DNA of 14,464 nt. It comes from a bacterium (lineage in GTDB: Bacteria; Hydrothermota; Tepidihabitantia; Tepidihabitantales; Tepidihabitantaceae). The stretch covers positions 1 through 14,464 of the forward strand of contig JAWOHE010000073.1 of NCBI GenBank assembly GCA_046485285.1. Direction: 5' to 3'. The notes below the pieces were generated by a model. That model was not told the DNA's origin and did not search any database. It worked only from the letters and a program-made list of their open reading frames with translations. Positions 14,100 through 14,464 of this stretch are shown here, piece by piece. The translations under genes and the position numbers were made by a program. Position 1 is the stretch's first letter. Each line of letters opens with the position of its first letter.

Positions 14100-14464
14100 A
14101 TGAGAACTCTGTTGACCTTGATGCTGTTGGTTGCGTCCACGGCATTGACCGTCGTGGCCCAGAGCCTGCCGGCTCAAGGGTGGGAGCAACTGGGGCCGCT
14201 GGAAGAGCCGGTCTTCGTCGAAGGCAGAGGATTCGTCTTCGGCGGCAACCGCATCTGGGCGGTACACTCGGTGAACCTTGACGCCGATGAGGAGGAAGAA
14301 GAGTGGGAGACGTATCTGTTCGTCTATGAGTTCAACGATGACGAATGGGACGAACTGTGGTACGACGAAGCCAAGCTCTCCCACTCCGCCCTGATCTATC
14401 TGCCGTACCACGGCCGGCTCTTCTTCGTCGGCGAGCGGGTCGAAGACAGCCTGACCAGCGATAT
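14100..14464 (+). CDS. Secreted acidic protein, possibly a beta-propeller/Kelch-like N-terminus (3'-truncated by the window; not in the ORF track)
   Basis: AAGGAGGAG RBS at 14088-14096, ATG at 14100, open to the window end: MRTLLTLMLLVASTALTVVAQSLPAQGWEQLGPLEEPVFVEGRGFVFGGNRIWAV...YLFVYEFNDDEWDELW...SALIYLPYHGRLFFVG. Confidence 0.8.
   Translation, partial: MRTLLTLMLLVASTALTVVAQSLPAQGWEQLGPLEEPVFVEGRGFVFGGNRIWAVHSVNLDADEEEEEWETYLFVYEFNDDEWDELWYDEAKLSHSALIYLPYHGRLFFVGERVEDSLTSD

Noticed and set aside
13929-14411. 160-aa minus-strand ORF
   Set aside because: It is antisense to the RBS- and signal-peptide-supported gene starting at 14100.

Overview
High-GC bacterial window. Its FlgD/T9SS-like C-terminal sorting domains, C25 and M6 peptidases and many lipoproteins suggest an FCB-related lineage such as candidate phylum WOR-3; this is inference. 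Positions 1-12802 are gene-dense. In order they carry the 3' end of an M6-like metalloprotease, an Rv2952-like SAM methyltransferase, a PKD/FN3 lipoprotein divergent from an Ig plus beta-helix lipoprotein, a DMT/DUF486 membrane protein, a gingipain-like C25 protein lacking the catalytic His, a CHRD lipoprotein, a TPR-esterase, a YbhB/YbcL lipoprotein, a DUF3108-like lipoprotein and a four-subunit 2-oxoacid:ferredoxin oxidoreductase operon (korDABC). Almost every transcription unit has a readable sigma70-type promoter, mostly with a 16-bp spacer, and several look leaderless. The most unusual part is 12803-14099. It holds a patchwork of REP-like repeats, a broken XRE-type HTH gene that keeps its promoter and a palindromic operator, and a 17 x 12-bp degenerate tandem array. 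It ends in a predicted sigma54 promoter whose paired enhancer-like palindromes are separated from the -24/-12 box by an (AG)12 microsatellite, upstream of a secreted acidic protein that the ORF track missed. That arrangement could be a microsatellite-tuned sigma54 enhancer switch.
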